Of a DNA stretch of 64,000 nucleotides, positions 18,150 through 28,187 are shown piece after piece. Under the pieces are notes generated by a model, which had not been told where the DNA came from, made no database searches, and worked only from the letters and a program-made list of their open reading frames with translations. This stretch comes from a virus. Position numbers and translations under genes: made by a program. The stretch's first letter is position 1, and each line of letters begins with the position of its first letter. The DNA is taken from the IMG/VR virus record IMGVR_UViG_3300032116_015796, positions 1-64,000 of that record; one strand, given 5' to 3'.

Positions 18150-18623
18150 ATGGAATCACCAAAAAAAATAATAGGGTTTACCGCAGGTAATTTTGATTTA
18201 TTACACCCTGGATACATTTATACTTTTGAAACTGCGAAACAACATTGTGATTATTTTATGGTATTTCTTCAGAGAGACCCTTCTGAAACCAGATTTACCA
18301 AATACAAACCTGTAATCCCACTTTATGAAAGATATAAAACTTTAATGTCAATAAAATATATTGATGAAGTTGTAACATATCAGACTGAAGAGGATTTGGT
18401 TAAATTAATTGAATTTTATAGACCTGACGTAAGAATACTTGGTGATGATTATATTGGTAAAAGATTTACAGGAGACCATTTACCTATTAAAGTTATTTAC
18501 ACAACCCGTTCACATAATTGGTCAACCACAAAAATTAAAGATTTGATAACAATACAAACTATCAAACAAAATCCTGAGATTTTAAATAAATTAGAAGATT
18601 ATGATAAAAATACCAATAACTAA
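18150..18623 (+). CDS. Cytidylyltransferase (TagD/RfaE-like)
   Basis: AGNFDLLHPG (HxGH-like), ER...L.SIKYIDEV, GDDY, STTKI. Confidence 0.85.
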   Translation: MESPKKIIGFTAGNFDLLHPGYIYTFETAKQHCDYFMVFLQRDPSETRFTKYKPVIPLYERYKTLMSIKYIDEVVTYQTEEDLVKLIEFYRPDVRILGDDYIGKRFTGDHLPIKVIYTTRSHNWSTTKIKDLITIQTIKQNPEILNKLEDYDKNTNN

Positions 18624-19323
18624 AATTTTATTTTTAGATATCGAGACCGTTGGGTGTTGCCCTGATTACGAAGTTTGCCAAAACTTAAATTCTAGTATGG
18701 CCAATCAATTTGAAAAATATTTTGATTGGTTTTTAAAACGATTTCCTGAAGACAACCAACTTGGTATGGAATCTTTAAATTCACAAATGAACGAGGTCTT
18801 TAAAAAACGAGCGGGTCTTGTTCCTGAATTTGCTAAAATTGTTTGTGTGAGTATGGCCTTTGTTATGGATAATGGAGAAGTCAAAAAACAAACATTTGCA
18901 AGTGACGATGAAAAAGAAATTTTAACCCAAGTTCAAAAATTATTAATTAGATGTGGTAATTTAGATTTCTTTTTATGTGGACATAACCTGAAAAATTTTG
19001 ACATCCCTATGTTGGCAAAAAGAATGATTATCAATGGTTTAGTCCCACCTCCAATTCTTCCTTCATACGATACCAAACCTTGGGAGATAAAGGCAATTGA
19101 TACTAAAGAGATTTGGCAATATGGAGCGTATTCCTCAATAGGTTCGTTAGATTTATTATGTACTTGTTTGGGTATTGAGTCTCCTAAAGACGGTGAAATT
19201 ACTGGTGATAAAGTTCATCAGGCGTATTGGGAAGGAAATAAATTGTCTGAAATTTCACAATATTGTGAAAAAGATGTTAAGGTATTAATAGACATCATTA
19301 AAAAATTAAAAGAGTTACAATGA
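18601..19323 (+). CDS. PolB-like DEDDy 3'-5' exonuclease
   Basis: FLDIET, GHNLKNFDIP, YCEKDV. Confidence 0.85.
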   Translation: MIKIPITKILFLDIETVGCCPDYEVCQNLNSSMANQFEKYFDWFLKRFPEDNQLGMESLNSQMNEVFKKRAGLVPEFAKIVCVSMAFVMDNGEVKKQTFASDDEKEILTQVQKLLIRCGNLDFFLCGHNLKNFDIPMLAKRMIINGLVPPPILPSYDTKPWEIKAIDTKEIWQYGAYSSIGSLDLLCTCLGIESPKDGEITGDKVHQAYWEGNKLSEISQYCEKDVKVLIDIIKKLKELQ

Positions 19324-19910
19324 CACCAAATTTAATGGATTTACAAGAGCAATTAAAAAAGTTGCAAGATATGGTTAATAGCGAAGAGGAGATTGACTAT
19401 GAAGATATAATGAGTGAACTTGGTTTAGATGTAAAACAATTAGAAGAAGACATGAAAAACTACACTCCTCAGTTACCACTTAAATTTTCTAAATTACATC
19501 CTGACGCAGTTTCTCCAAAATACAATTATCCAACCGATTCAGGTTTTGATTTACATTCAGTTGAGGATTTGGAAATCCCTCCTTTTGGTAGAATCTTAGT
19601 CCCGACAGGTTTATCATTCGATATTAAAGATGGGTATGAAATTCAAGTTAGGTCTAAAAGTGGTCTATGTATTAAACAAGGACTAATGGTTCTTAATTCA
19701 CCAGGAACTGTAGATAACGGGTATACAGGTGAAGTACAAGTAATTGTTTTTAACACAAATAACCACAAGGTCTCGATTCCAAAAGGGATGAAAGTAGGGC
19801 AAGCAGTTCTTTGTCCTGTTGTAAATGGGAAGTGGGTTGAGTTAATCGAAAAAAATAAAATCTCTGAAAAAGACAGAGGTAGTAATGGTTTTGGAAGTAC
19901 AGGGATATGA
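19320..19910 (+). CDS. dut: dUTP diphosphatase (trimeric dUTPase)
   Basis: SGFDL, RSKSG, NSPGTVDNGYTGE, RGSNGFGSTG. Confidence 0.95.
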   Translation: MTPNLMDLQEQLKKLQDMVNSEEEIDYEDIMSELGLDVKQLEEDMKNYTPQLPLKFSKLHPDAVSPKYNYPTDSGFDLHSVEDLEIPPFGRILVPTGLSFDIKDGYEIQVRSKSGLCIKQGLMVLNSPGTVDNGYTGEVQVIVFNTNNHKVSIPKGMKVGQAVLCPVVNGKWVELIEKNKISEKDRGSNGFGSTGI

Positions 19911-21400
19911 TTACTATAATTTATTCAACACATAAAGATTCAGAATATAATAACAAATTTAGACAACATTTGTTACAAACTGTTGGCTTAAAAGATGTTC
20001 AAATCTTAGAATATCAAAATAATAATCAATATTCACTTGCACAAGTTTACAATAGTGGAATAACCGAATCAATTTATGATATTGTTGTTTGTTGTCATAA
20101 TGATATTAAACTTGAAAAAAATTGGGGTAAAAAATTACTTGAAGATTTTTCAAACAATACAGAATTCGGAATAATTGGAAAAGCAGGTTCTTGTTATTTC
20201 CCTGAATCAGGAGTTTATTGGGAAAAGATGAATAAGACCATGGTTGGTCAAGTTTATCACCATCCTGAAGGACAGAATAAATGGTTGAGTCAATATTCAT
20301 CTAAATTACCGTTTTTAATACCCGTTGTTACTGTTGATGGTTTGATTATTTGTTTTGATAAAACTAAAATCAAATATAAATTTGATGAGTCTTTTGGTAA
20401 GTTCCATTTTTATGACCATGGATTTTGTTTACCTAATTACATTAACGATGTTAAAATCGGTGTTACCTCATCATTTGAGATTACTCACCAATCTGTAGGT
20501 CAACCAAACCAAGAATTTTATGATAGTAAAGAAAAATTCTTAAAAAAATGGGGACATATGTTACCAATGGATTTAAAACCAAAAGAAGTTTTTTTTGAAA
20601 ATATTGTAGAAAAACCTATTAAGAACATTGGTAAAGTGGCGATTATCATACCTACAAAAGGTAAAACGGATATGTTATTTGAGTGTGTAAAATCTTTTTA
20701 CACCCACTGCAATTCAGACCTGTTTGATATTATAATTGCCGATACGGGGTCATCTGAAGAAGAAAAGGAATGGATAAAAACCAACATTTTAAATTTAGGT
20801 AATATTAAATTAATCGAATATGATTATTATAATTTTGCTAAAGTTAATAATGATGTTGTTAAAAATTACACAAATGATTACGAATTTATTTTATTCTGTA
20901 ATAATGACATAAAAATACTAAACAATGTTGTTTACGGATTACTTGAAAACTTTAAAAAGTATCCCCAAGCAGGGACTATAGGTTGTAGACTTCATTATGA
21001 AGATAACACCGTTCAACATAATGGATTGGCTGCGAAAGTGGATTCTAACAAATTTTTTAGGGTTGATAACAAATCCACAGGTTCTTACTATTCATACACC
21101 ATAAATAGTAAAGAGGTTTTAGGTAATACCGCCGCTTTATTTATGGTTAGAAAAAATGTTTTTCAAAAATTAGGGATGTTTAATGAACAGTATTCAAACT
21201 GTTTTGAAGACGTAGAATTTAATCTTAAATCAATTGTTACGGGTCACAGGAACTATATTTGTGGTAATTGTGTTGCATATCATTATGAAAGTAAAACTAG
21301 AGAAAGGAATACCGAAGTTGAGAAACAAGATTATTTTAATAACCTAATACCTTTTGTTCAAAAATACCTTGATAAATTTATCACTAAATTATATATTTAA
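19907..21400 (+). CDS. Two-domain GT2-family glycosyltransferase
   Basis: CCHND..FHFYD first domain; IIIPTK, IADTGS, FCNND, FEDVE, HYESKTR second domain. Confidence 0.85.
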   Translation: MITIIYSTHKDSEYNNKFRQHLLQTVGLKDVQILEYQNNNQYSLAQVYNSGITESIYDIVVCCHNDIKLEKNWGKKLLEDFSNNTEFGIIGKAGSCYFPESGVYWEKMNKTMVGQVYHHPEGQNKWLSQYSSKLPFLIPVVTVDGLIICFDKTKIKYKFDESFGKFHFYDHGFCLPNYINDVKIGVTSSFEITHQSVGQPNQEFYDSKEKFLKKWGHMLPMDLKPKEVFFENIVEKPIKNIGKVAIIIPTKGKTDMLFECVKSFYTHCNSDLFDIIIADTGSSEEEKEWIKTNILNLGNIKLIEYDYYNFAKVNNDVVKNYTNDYEFILFCNNDIKILNNVVYGLLENFKKYPQAGTIGCRLHYEDNTVQHNGLAAKVDSNKFFRVDNKSTGSYYSYTINSKEVLGNTAALFMVRKNVFQKLGMFNEQYSNCFEDVEFNLKSIVTGHRNYICGNCVAYHYESKTRERNTEVEKQDYFNNLIPFVQKYLDKFITKLYI

Positions 21401-21402
21401 AT

Positions 21403-22032
21403 ATGGCTAATGGAATATACAAAATAACGGAAGACTTTGAAAAAGAACTGTCCGATTACACAAAATCACCGTATGTTGTTACGGTAGATAATCAAAGTAA
21501 TGCTTTATTTTTGGCGTTAATGTATGAGAAAGTAAGTGGTATGGAAATTGAAATCCCCTCTCGTACTTACCCCTCAGTACCATGTGAGATAATTCATGCA
21601 GGTGCAAAAGTTAAATTTAAACCTGTGGAAGGTAAAACAATTAAAGGGTCATATCAATTGTATCCTACTAAAGTTTGGGATTCGGCTCTTTCTTTTACTT
21701 ATGGAATGTACAAACCAAATACCCATATGTGTATTTCTTTTACAGGTCCTTATAAACATTTTAAATTATCTAAAGGTGGAGCAATCTTAACTGACGACTA
21801 TGACGCTTATTTATGGTTTAAAAGAGCGAGATACAGTGGCAGAAGAGAATGTTCTTATCATGATGACCATTTTGATATGTTAGGATGGAATTTCTATATG
21901 ATGCCTGAGTTAGCTGCGAGAGGAGTACTTTTGATGAAACAATTTTATAATGTTGACGGAAGTCCTAAACATAATGAGGATTTAGAATTACCTTACCCTG
22001 ATTTATCCAAGTTCGATGTCTATAAACAATAA
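21403..22032 (+). CDS. Short DegT/DnrJ/EryC1/StrS-family PLP-dependent sugar aminotransferase
   Basis: FEKELSDY, ALFLAL, DSA, SFTGPYKHF..GGAILTDD, GWNFYM. Confidence 0.8.
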   Translation: MANGIYKITEDFEKELSDYTKSPYVVTVDNQSNALFLALMYEKVSGMEIEIPSRTYPSVPCEIIHAGAKVKFKPVEGKTIKGSYQLYPTKVWDSALSFTYGMYKPNTHMCISFTGPYKHFKLSKGGAILTDDYDAYLWFKRARYSGRRECSYHDDHFDMLGWNFYMMPELAARGVLLMKQFYNVDGSPKHNEDLELPYPDLSKFDVYKQ

Positions 22033-22723
22033 ACATATCTGTGTTTTAATATGTTTTAATAACTATGAACATATAGTTAAATGTTTCGAATCTATAAAAA
22101 ATCTACCTTTAGATTTTTTTATAATAGAAAACCCATCTAAAAATTCCGATAAAATTCAAAAATATTTTAAAGAACAAAAATTAAAAGGGTATGTTAGATT
22201 CGAAGAAAATATTACAAATAACGCGGTTGATATAATAAGAGAAGATTACTCACCTTTATTTCAATCTTATGAATATATAACTTTTTCAGATTGTGATTTA
22301 TTTACTGATTCCTCCTCTTCATTATTTTCCGAAATATATAGAATATTAGAATATGAAGAAGTTGGAGTTTGTTGTACATCATTATGTATGGATAACCTTC
22401 CTAATGTTCCTGACGCAAATGGTTGGATTCCTAACCCAATATCAATTCACGAAGATTATATTAATGTAAATACAGGTGTTCATTTCATGACTATGAAACA
22501 AAAAAATTATTCATTATTATATGGGACAAAATTTAAAGACACCTTAATGGTTTCTTTAATTAGAAGTAAGAACCTAAAATGGGTTTCAACAAAAGAAAAC
22601 AAATCAATTCATTTGACTTGGGATTTGTACTACCAAGGTAACGAGTACTATAATTTTAAAATTGAGCGTGGTTTAGAATCATTGTGGTCACATAACGAAA
22701 CATCGGATTATATTATTTTATGA
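22016..22723 (+). CDS. Putative GT-A glycosyltransferase
   Basis: FIIENPS, FSDCD (DxD), HLTW; cluster context. Confidence 0.5.
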   Translation: MSINNKHICVLICFNNYEHIVKCFESIKNLPLDFFIIENPSKNSDKIQKYFKEQKLKGYVRFEENITNNAVDIIREDYSPLFQSYEYITFSDCDLFTDSSSSLFSEIYRILEYEEVGVCCTSLCMDNLPNVPDANGWIPNPISIHEDYINVNTGVHFMTMKQKNYSLLYGTKFKDTLMVSLIRSKNLKWVSTKENKSIHLTWDLYYQGNEYYNFKIERGLESLWSHNETSDYIIL

Positions 22724-23295
22724 AAAGAGCGTTAATTGGTTTTGGTGGTCATGCGAGAGAAGTTATCGCTCAAATGAAAGTTAATTTACCTTGTTTTGTT
22801 GATGATTCTTTTTTAACTAAAGAAACCCTACCGTTATCTAGATTTAATCCAAATGAGTTTGAAATAATGGTTGCGATTTCAGACCCAAAAAAAAGAATGG
22901 AAATTGTAGGTCGATTACCAAAAGAAACTAAATATTTTACATTTATCCACCCTACCTCACTTATAATGTCTGAAGTTAAAATAGGTCACGGTTCTTTTAT
23001 TGGGGCGTATTCAGTAATTACGACAAATATAACAATTGGTACTCACTGTATTTTAAATCGAGGTAACCATATAGGACATGATTCAATAGTCGGAGATTTT
23101 TTTAGTGCAATGCCGTGTTCAGTTATTTCGGGTAATTGTTTAATTGGTGACAGAGTTTATTTCGGTACTAATTCATCCGTAAGAGAAAAAATTGAAGTAT
23201 GTGATGATGTAACTATCGGTTTAAATTCAGGTGTGGTCAAACACATAACAGAAAGTGGGGTGTATGTAGGTGTCCCCGCAAAAAAAATAAAATGA
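22720..23295 (+). CDS. NeuD/PglD-family sugar acyltransferase (hexapeptide repeats)
   Basis: IGFGGHAREV, FIHP, IGHD, GVPAK. Confidence 0.9.
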   Translation: MKRALIGFGGHAREVIAQMKVNLPCFVDDSFLTKETLPLSRFNPNEFEIMVAISDPKKRMEIVGRLPKETKYFTFIHPTSLIMSEVKIGHGSFIGAYSVITTNITIGTHCILNRGNHIGHDSIVGDFFSAMPCSVISGNCLIGDRVYFGTNSSVREKIEVCDDVTIGLNSGVVKHITESGVYVGVPAKKIK

Positions 23296-24011
23296 TGAAG
23301 AATACAAAATTAGCAATTGTAATTGCAACATATCGTAGAGATGACGGTAAAAGTTTTGAATTTTTATACAGAACATTAGAAAGTATAAAAAAACAAACCT
23401 ATAAAAATTATAAAATATTTTTAATAGGTGATAAATACGATAAACCCGAAGAAGTTAGTCGGGTAATAAAAGATTTGTCGTTGGATAAAATTTATTTTGA
23501 AAATTTACCTATTGCAAAAGAAAGAAGTAGATATACTGGTCATGTACTTTGGTCTTACGGTGGAGTTAATGCAATTAATCATGGAGTAAAAATAGCTTTA
23601 AGTGAAGGTTTTGATTATGTGTGTCATTTAGACCACGATGATTGGTGGTACGAAAACCATTTAGAGTTAATCAATAAATGTATTTCAGAAACAGGTTCGG
23701 AATGGGTTTGTACTAAATCCACATACCGAAACCCTTTTACATTTTTACCCCCAGTAGATACTAATGATGAATATGTTGATTTTCATCCTAGGTCATCAAT
23801 TTTAATACACTCCTCAGTATGTATGAATTTCAAAAAAATCCCCTTATTATATCGGGATATTTACGAAGAAACAGGTGTAGTAGGTTTACCAACTGACGCA
23901 GATTTGTGGGAAAGATGTAGACAATATATAATATCTAATAAATTAAAAAGTACATTAATAAATAAAATAACTTGCCGTCATGATGAAGAAGGATATGAAA
24001 GACTCAAATAA
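23292..24011 (+). CDS. GT2-family glycosyltransferase
   Basis: IVIATYRR, HLDHDDWW, DADLW. Confidence 0.8.
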   Translation: MMKNTKLAIVIATYRRDDGKSFEFLYRTLESIKKQTYKNYKIFLIGDKYDKPEEVSRVIKDLSLDKIYFENLPIAKERSRYTGHVLWSYGGVNAINHGVKIALSEGFDYVCHLDHDDWWYENHLELINKCISETGSEWVCTKSTYRNPFTFLPPVDTNDEYVDFHPRSSILIHSSVCMNFKKIPLLYRDIYEETGVVGLPTDADLWERCRQYIISNKLKSTLINKITCRHDEEGYERLK

Positions 24012-24642
24012 AATTAACATAACTGAAGACTCTATTAATAGAGTAAACGAAATAATTCAAAATATGGAAGGTAAATCCTTTCATAATCATTACCATATAT
24101 TGTATGATATTATTACTTCATTAGGTAAGAAAAATCAAACCTATTTAGAAATTGGTGCTTACTGTGGTGGGTCGGCATCTTTAGTATCAACAAACGAAAA
24201 TGTTTCAAAAGTTTACAGTATTGATATTGGACATCCAATACCTAAAGAAGTACCAATTAAAAATGTTAATAAATTTAAACATTCTAATTGTGAATATGAA
24301 TATTTTCATGGAAACTCTAGATTAAACAACACTATTGAAAAGGTTAAATCAAGTGTTCCTGAAATTGATGTTTTTTTTATTGACGGTGACCACTCATATA
24401 ATGCGGTTATTGAAGATTTTAATAACTATAAAGATTTAGTGTCTAAAGGGGGTGTTATTGTTTTTGATGATTATCACGATAAAATCCATAGTCCTGATGT
24501 ATTTCATGCAGTTAATGATATTGTGAAAACACTTAATTTAGATGAATATGAAATTATTGGTAGTTTAAACTATGATTTAATAAAGAAAACAAATTTCCCA
24601 AATATAGAATCAAGTAATGAGTTTATTTTAATTAAAAAATGA
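23995..24642 (+). CDS. Class I SAM methyltransferase (Methyltransf_24)
   Basis: YLEIGAYCGGS, FIDGDHSY, GGVIVFDDY. Confidence 0.85.
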   Translation: MKDSNKINITEDSINRVNEIIQNMEGKSFHNHYHILYDIITSLGKKNQTYLEIGAYCGGSASLVSTNENVSKVYSIDIGHPIPKEVPIKNVNKFKHSNCEYEYFHGNSRLNNTIEKVKSSVPEIDVFFIDGDHSYNAVIEDFNNYKDLVSKGGVIVFDDYHDKIHSPDVFHAVNDIVKTLNLDEYEIIGSLNYDLIKKTNFPNIESSNEFILIKK

Positions 24643-25469
24643 AAAAAATAATAAACTTTACGCCTACAGGAACTCAAACTAATCGACAAAATTCTTTAGC
24701 GCCTTTAACTCCTAATGAAATTATTGAAGAGGTTCATGAAGCGTATGAATTGGGTATTACTCTAACTCATATTCATGCCAGAGACCCTATTACATTAGAG
24801 AATACTTACAATAAAAATGTATACAGAGATATTTTGGAGGGTATAAGGAAACATTGTCCTGACTTATGTGTTTGTGTTTCATTAACAGGTAGGTTATTTC
24901 CTGAATTTGAAAAGAGGTCTGAGGTTTTAGAGTTATACCCTGACATGGGGTCTTTAACTATGTCGTCATTAAATTTTCCAAGAGGAGCCTCGGTTAATGA
25001 ACCTGAAATGATATTGAAACTAATTACAAAAATGGAGGACTATGGTGTCACTCCTGAAATTGAATGTTTTGATACGGGTATGTTAAATTACACAAATTAT
25101 TTAATAAGTAAATCAATTTTAAAAGGACCTCATTATATTAATGTAATACTTGGTAATCTATATAACGCTCAAACAGATTTATCGACATTCTCATCAATTT
25201 ATAATCATAAACCCAAAGACTCTTTAATGTGTTTGGGTGGGATTGGTAATCAACAATTGAAATCAAATATTATGGGATTATTATATTTTGATGGTTTAAG
25301 AATTGGTCTTGAGGACAACCTATACTTTCGTGAAAAAGAAATTACAAAAAACATTAACTTATTAAAAAGAATACATTTAATATCAGAAGAATTAAATTAT
25401 CAAATAATGAACCATAAAGAATTCGGTGAGAATGGTTTTAAAAATAAAAAAAATGAAAGTATCAATTAA
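24639..25469 (+). CDS. kce: Beta-keto acid cleavage enzyme family (3-keto-5-aminohexanoate cleavage enzyme-like, DUF849)
   Basis: PTG, P.TPNEIIEE, HIHARD, PDMGSL, PEIECFD.G, RIGLEDN. Confidence 0.85.
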   Translation: MKKIINFTPTGTQTNRQNSLAPLTPNEIIEEVHEAYELGITLTHIHARDPITLENTYNKNVYRDILEGIRKHCPDLCVCVSLTGRLFPEFEKRSEVLELYPDMGSLTMSSLNFPRGASVNEPEMILKLITKMEDYGVTPEIECFDTGMLNYTNYLISKSILKGPHYINVILGNLYNAQTDLSTFSSIYNHKPKDSLMCLGGIGNQQLKSNIMGLLYFDGLRIGLEDNLYFREKEITKNINLLKRIHLISEELNYQIMNHKEFGENGFKNKKNESIN

Positions 25470-26118
25470 TCAACCTTATTTTTTTCCTTACCTCCCATTT
25501 TATCAAATGGTTAATTATTCTGATGTTTTTGTGTCATTAGATAGTGTGAATTTTTGTAAAAAAAAATTCATTAATCGGAACGTTATCACCGATAACAATG
25601 GTAGAAAAATCAATTTCACACTACCAATAAGAAATCTATCTCAGAATAAAAAAATTAATCAAAGTGAAATATTTAATTTAAAAAAAACTAAAGATTCTTT
25701 TATTAAAAAATTGAAACTAACTTATGGTTTTAGGAAATCTAATTTAGAGGTTTTTGATGTAGTTGATTCGTGTTTCACGTCAAATCTAATATCAGAAGTT
25801 TCAACAAATTCGATTAAAAACGTTTTTAATTACTTAGGAATTGAAAAATCAATTTTATTGTCTTCAGAATCATTTAAGAGTTATGACGAATATAAAAAAG
25901 AAATCAAAATTTACGGAATTTGTCATGAATTAAATTGTACCGATTACATTAATTTACCGAATGGTAATTTATTATATGATAAAGAAGATTTTACAAAAAA
26001 AGAAATCAAATTATCCTTTATTTCGAATGACCTAAACTATAATACATCTATTTTAGATGTATTATTTAGGGAAGACAAACAACAAATAATAGGCAAACTA
26101 AACAATCACATTCAATAG
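25453..26118 (+). CDS. WbqC-like protein
   Basis: INQPYFFPYLPFYQMV..SDVFV.LD, FINRN, YIN..G..LY, SILDVLF. Confidence 0.85.
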   Translation: MKVSINQPYFFPYLPFYQMVNYSDVFVSLDSVNFCKKKFINRNVITDNNGRKINFTLPIRNLSQNKKINQSEIFNLKKTKDSFIKKLKLTYGFRKSNLEVFDVVDSCFTSNLISEVSTNSIKNVFNYLGIEKSILLSSESFKSYDEYKKEIKIYGICHELNCTDYINLPNGNLLYDKEDFTKKEIKLSFISNDLNYNTSILDVLFREDKQQIIGKLNNHIQ

Positions 26119-26744
26119 TGAATACAGTAGTTTCAATAGGATTTACCGAATCCCATTTATTAATGGTTTCTGATTTGTTATTTTCATTAAATCTAAATCC
26201 GAATATACTAATTTTTGATAACCAAAAAAGATTTAAATCAGAAAAAAACTTTATCTACCATAAATACGATTTTATTGATACTTTAGAAAATCAAGATAAT
26301 TTATTTTTTGGTTTTGCAAAACCGTTAGGTAAAAGTAAATTATTCCATTCTATAAATATAGATTCAAAAAAATTCATAAACTTAATACATTCAAAAAGTG
26401 AAATATCAAAATACTCTGAATTAGGTATTGGAATAAGAATTGAACCTGGGACAGTTATTGTGGCAAAAACTAAAATTGGTAATTTTGTTAATATAAATAG
26501 AGGTGTTAATATTGGTCACCATTGTAGTATAAGTGACTTTGTAACTATTAATCCAGGGTGTTCAATTGCAGGACATGTGACAATAGGAGAAAATACGGAA
26601 ATATGTATTGGTACAACAATAATTGACGGTATTAATATTGGTAGTAACACTATAATTGGTGCTGGTTCAGTAGTTACTAAAGATATCCCTGACAATGTTG
26701 TTGCTTATGGTAACCCTTGTAAAATAATCAGAAAAAATTTATAA
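26118..26744 (+). CDS. NeuD/PglD-family sugar acyltransferase (second copy)
   Basis: NLIH, IGHH, hexapeptide repeats, GAGSVVTKDIP, GNPC. Confidence 0.88.
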   Translation: MNTVVSIGFTESHLLMVSDLLFSLNLNPNILIFDNQKRFKSEKNFIYHKYDFIDTLENQDNLFFGFAKPLGKSKLFHSINIDSKKFINLIHSKSEISKYSELGIGIRIEPGTVIVAKTKIGNFVNINRGVNIGHHCSISDFVTINPGCSIAGHVTIGENTEICIGTTIIDGINIGSNTIIGAGSVVTKDIPDNVVAYGNPCKIIRKNL

Positions 26745-26746
26745 AA

Positions 26747-27370
26747 ATGTTACATATAATAACACCCCTTTATCGATTTGAGAATTTAGAAACAACATAC
26801 AATTCTATTTTAATGAATGAAGATATTACTTGGCACATATCAAAATCAAATCAACGAGAAGACATAGTATTAGATTTTATTAAAAACGATAACAGAGTTA
26901 AAGTGTACAATGTAAATTGTACCGATGAAGAAGCATTTAAAAAACGTCAACACGTTTTGGAAAAACTAGATTCAGGATATTTTTGTTTTTTAGATGACGA
27001 TACTATATTCCATGAAAATATGTATATAAAGTATTTGGAATGTTTAGAAAACAATTTTATTGGTATGGTAATCGGACAACAAGTCATAAATGATAGACAT
27101 CTTAGATTAACCGCAAGTATACCATTATATAGACATATCGATGTTGGTAATGTTTTAAGTCACACTAAATGTTTAAGTGAATGTAAATGGCCGTCAAGTC
27201 ACATTTCAGGGGTTAATCAGAAGGATTTTCTTTTTTGGGAATCTGTCTATAATTTTTATAATAAAAAATGTATTTTATGGAATAAGCCAATTTCATATTA
27301 CAATTTTTTAAATACCGAATCAAAAAGTATAGGAAAAAATAAACTTTTTATTGCAGGAAATATAAATTAA
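26747..27370 (+). CDS. GT-A glycosyltransferase
   Basis: HIITPLYR, CFLDDD, IDVG, D..F, YYN. Confidence 0.7.
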   Translation: MLHIITPLYRFENLETTYNSILMNEDITWHISKSNQREDIVLDFIKNDNRVKVYNVNCTDEEAFKKRQHVLEKLDSGYFCFLDDDTIFHENMYIKYLECLENNFIGMVIGQQVINDRHLRLTASIPLYRHIDVGNVLSHTKCLSECKWPSSHISGVNQKDFLFWESVYNFYNKKCILWNKPISYYNFLNTESKSIGKNKLFIAGNIN

Positions 27371-27387
27371 TAAACTCAATTTGAATT

Positions 27388-28176
27388 GTGAAATATAACG
27401 ATAGGATAGACATTGAAAGAATTGGGGTTACAGGTTCTTATTATTATAACATTAGTGATAACATTATATCCGCAAGAATCTTAAGTTCTTTTTGGTTAGT
27501 TATGGAAGACTCAAATGATGAATTTGTACCTCATTTAAAAAAAGATGGATTTTGGGAATCATGGGTATCTCTTTGGATTAGTCAGAATGTCTCTCCTGGT
27601 AGTATCTGTATTGATGGGGGAGCTAATTACGGGTATTACACCTTTCAATTATTACTTCATGGTTGTGAGGTATACTCAATAGAAGCCAATCCATTTTTAA
27701 TACCGTTTTTGGAAAAATCTTTAAAATTAAACGGTAAATTACCTCTAACAATAATTAATTCCGCAATAACTGACGGGACTACCGATAAAATTGTTCTGAA
27801 CATAACCAAATCCCCATTACATTCAAGTGTTTTAAATTTTAAAACTAGCGAATCACAGGTTGAGGTGAATACAATCAGTCTACAAAGTTTTAAAGGAAAA
27901 AAAATAGATTTCATAAAATTAGATATCGAAGGTTGTGAACAACAAGTTCTCCCAGATTTGTTTTTACTTCAAAATGAAAATCCTAACATGGTATGTTTAA
28001 TAGAATGGGTTTACGATTCGTACCCAAATAAAAGTAGACAATTTTATGAGTATTTAATAAACCATTTCTATGTAACATATATTGATTTTGATGGTAAAGA
28101 AAAAAATCTTGAATCTTATGAATTTATTGAAAATGAAACTTTAGATTTAAGAATGTATGTACTCAGAAAAAAATAA
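27388..28176 (+). CDS. FkbM-family methyltransferase
   Basis: IDGGANYGYYT, IEAN, IDFIKLDIEGCE. Confidence 0.88.
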   Translation: MKYNDRIDIERIGVTGSYYYNISDNIISARILSSFWLVMEDSNDEFVPHLKKDGFWESWVSLWISQNVSPGSICIDGGANYGYYTFQLLLHGCEVYSIEANPFLIPFLEKSLKLNGKLPLTIINSAITDGTTDKIVLNITKSPLHSSVLNFKTSESQVEVNTISLQSFKGKKIDFIKLDIEGCEQQVLPDLFLLQNENPNMVCLIEWVYDSYPNKSRQFYEYLINHFYVTYIDFDGKEKNLESYEFIENETLDLRMYVLRKK

Positions 28177-28187
28177 AAAAAAACAAT

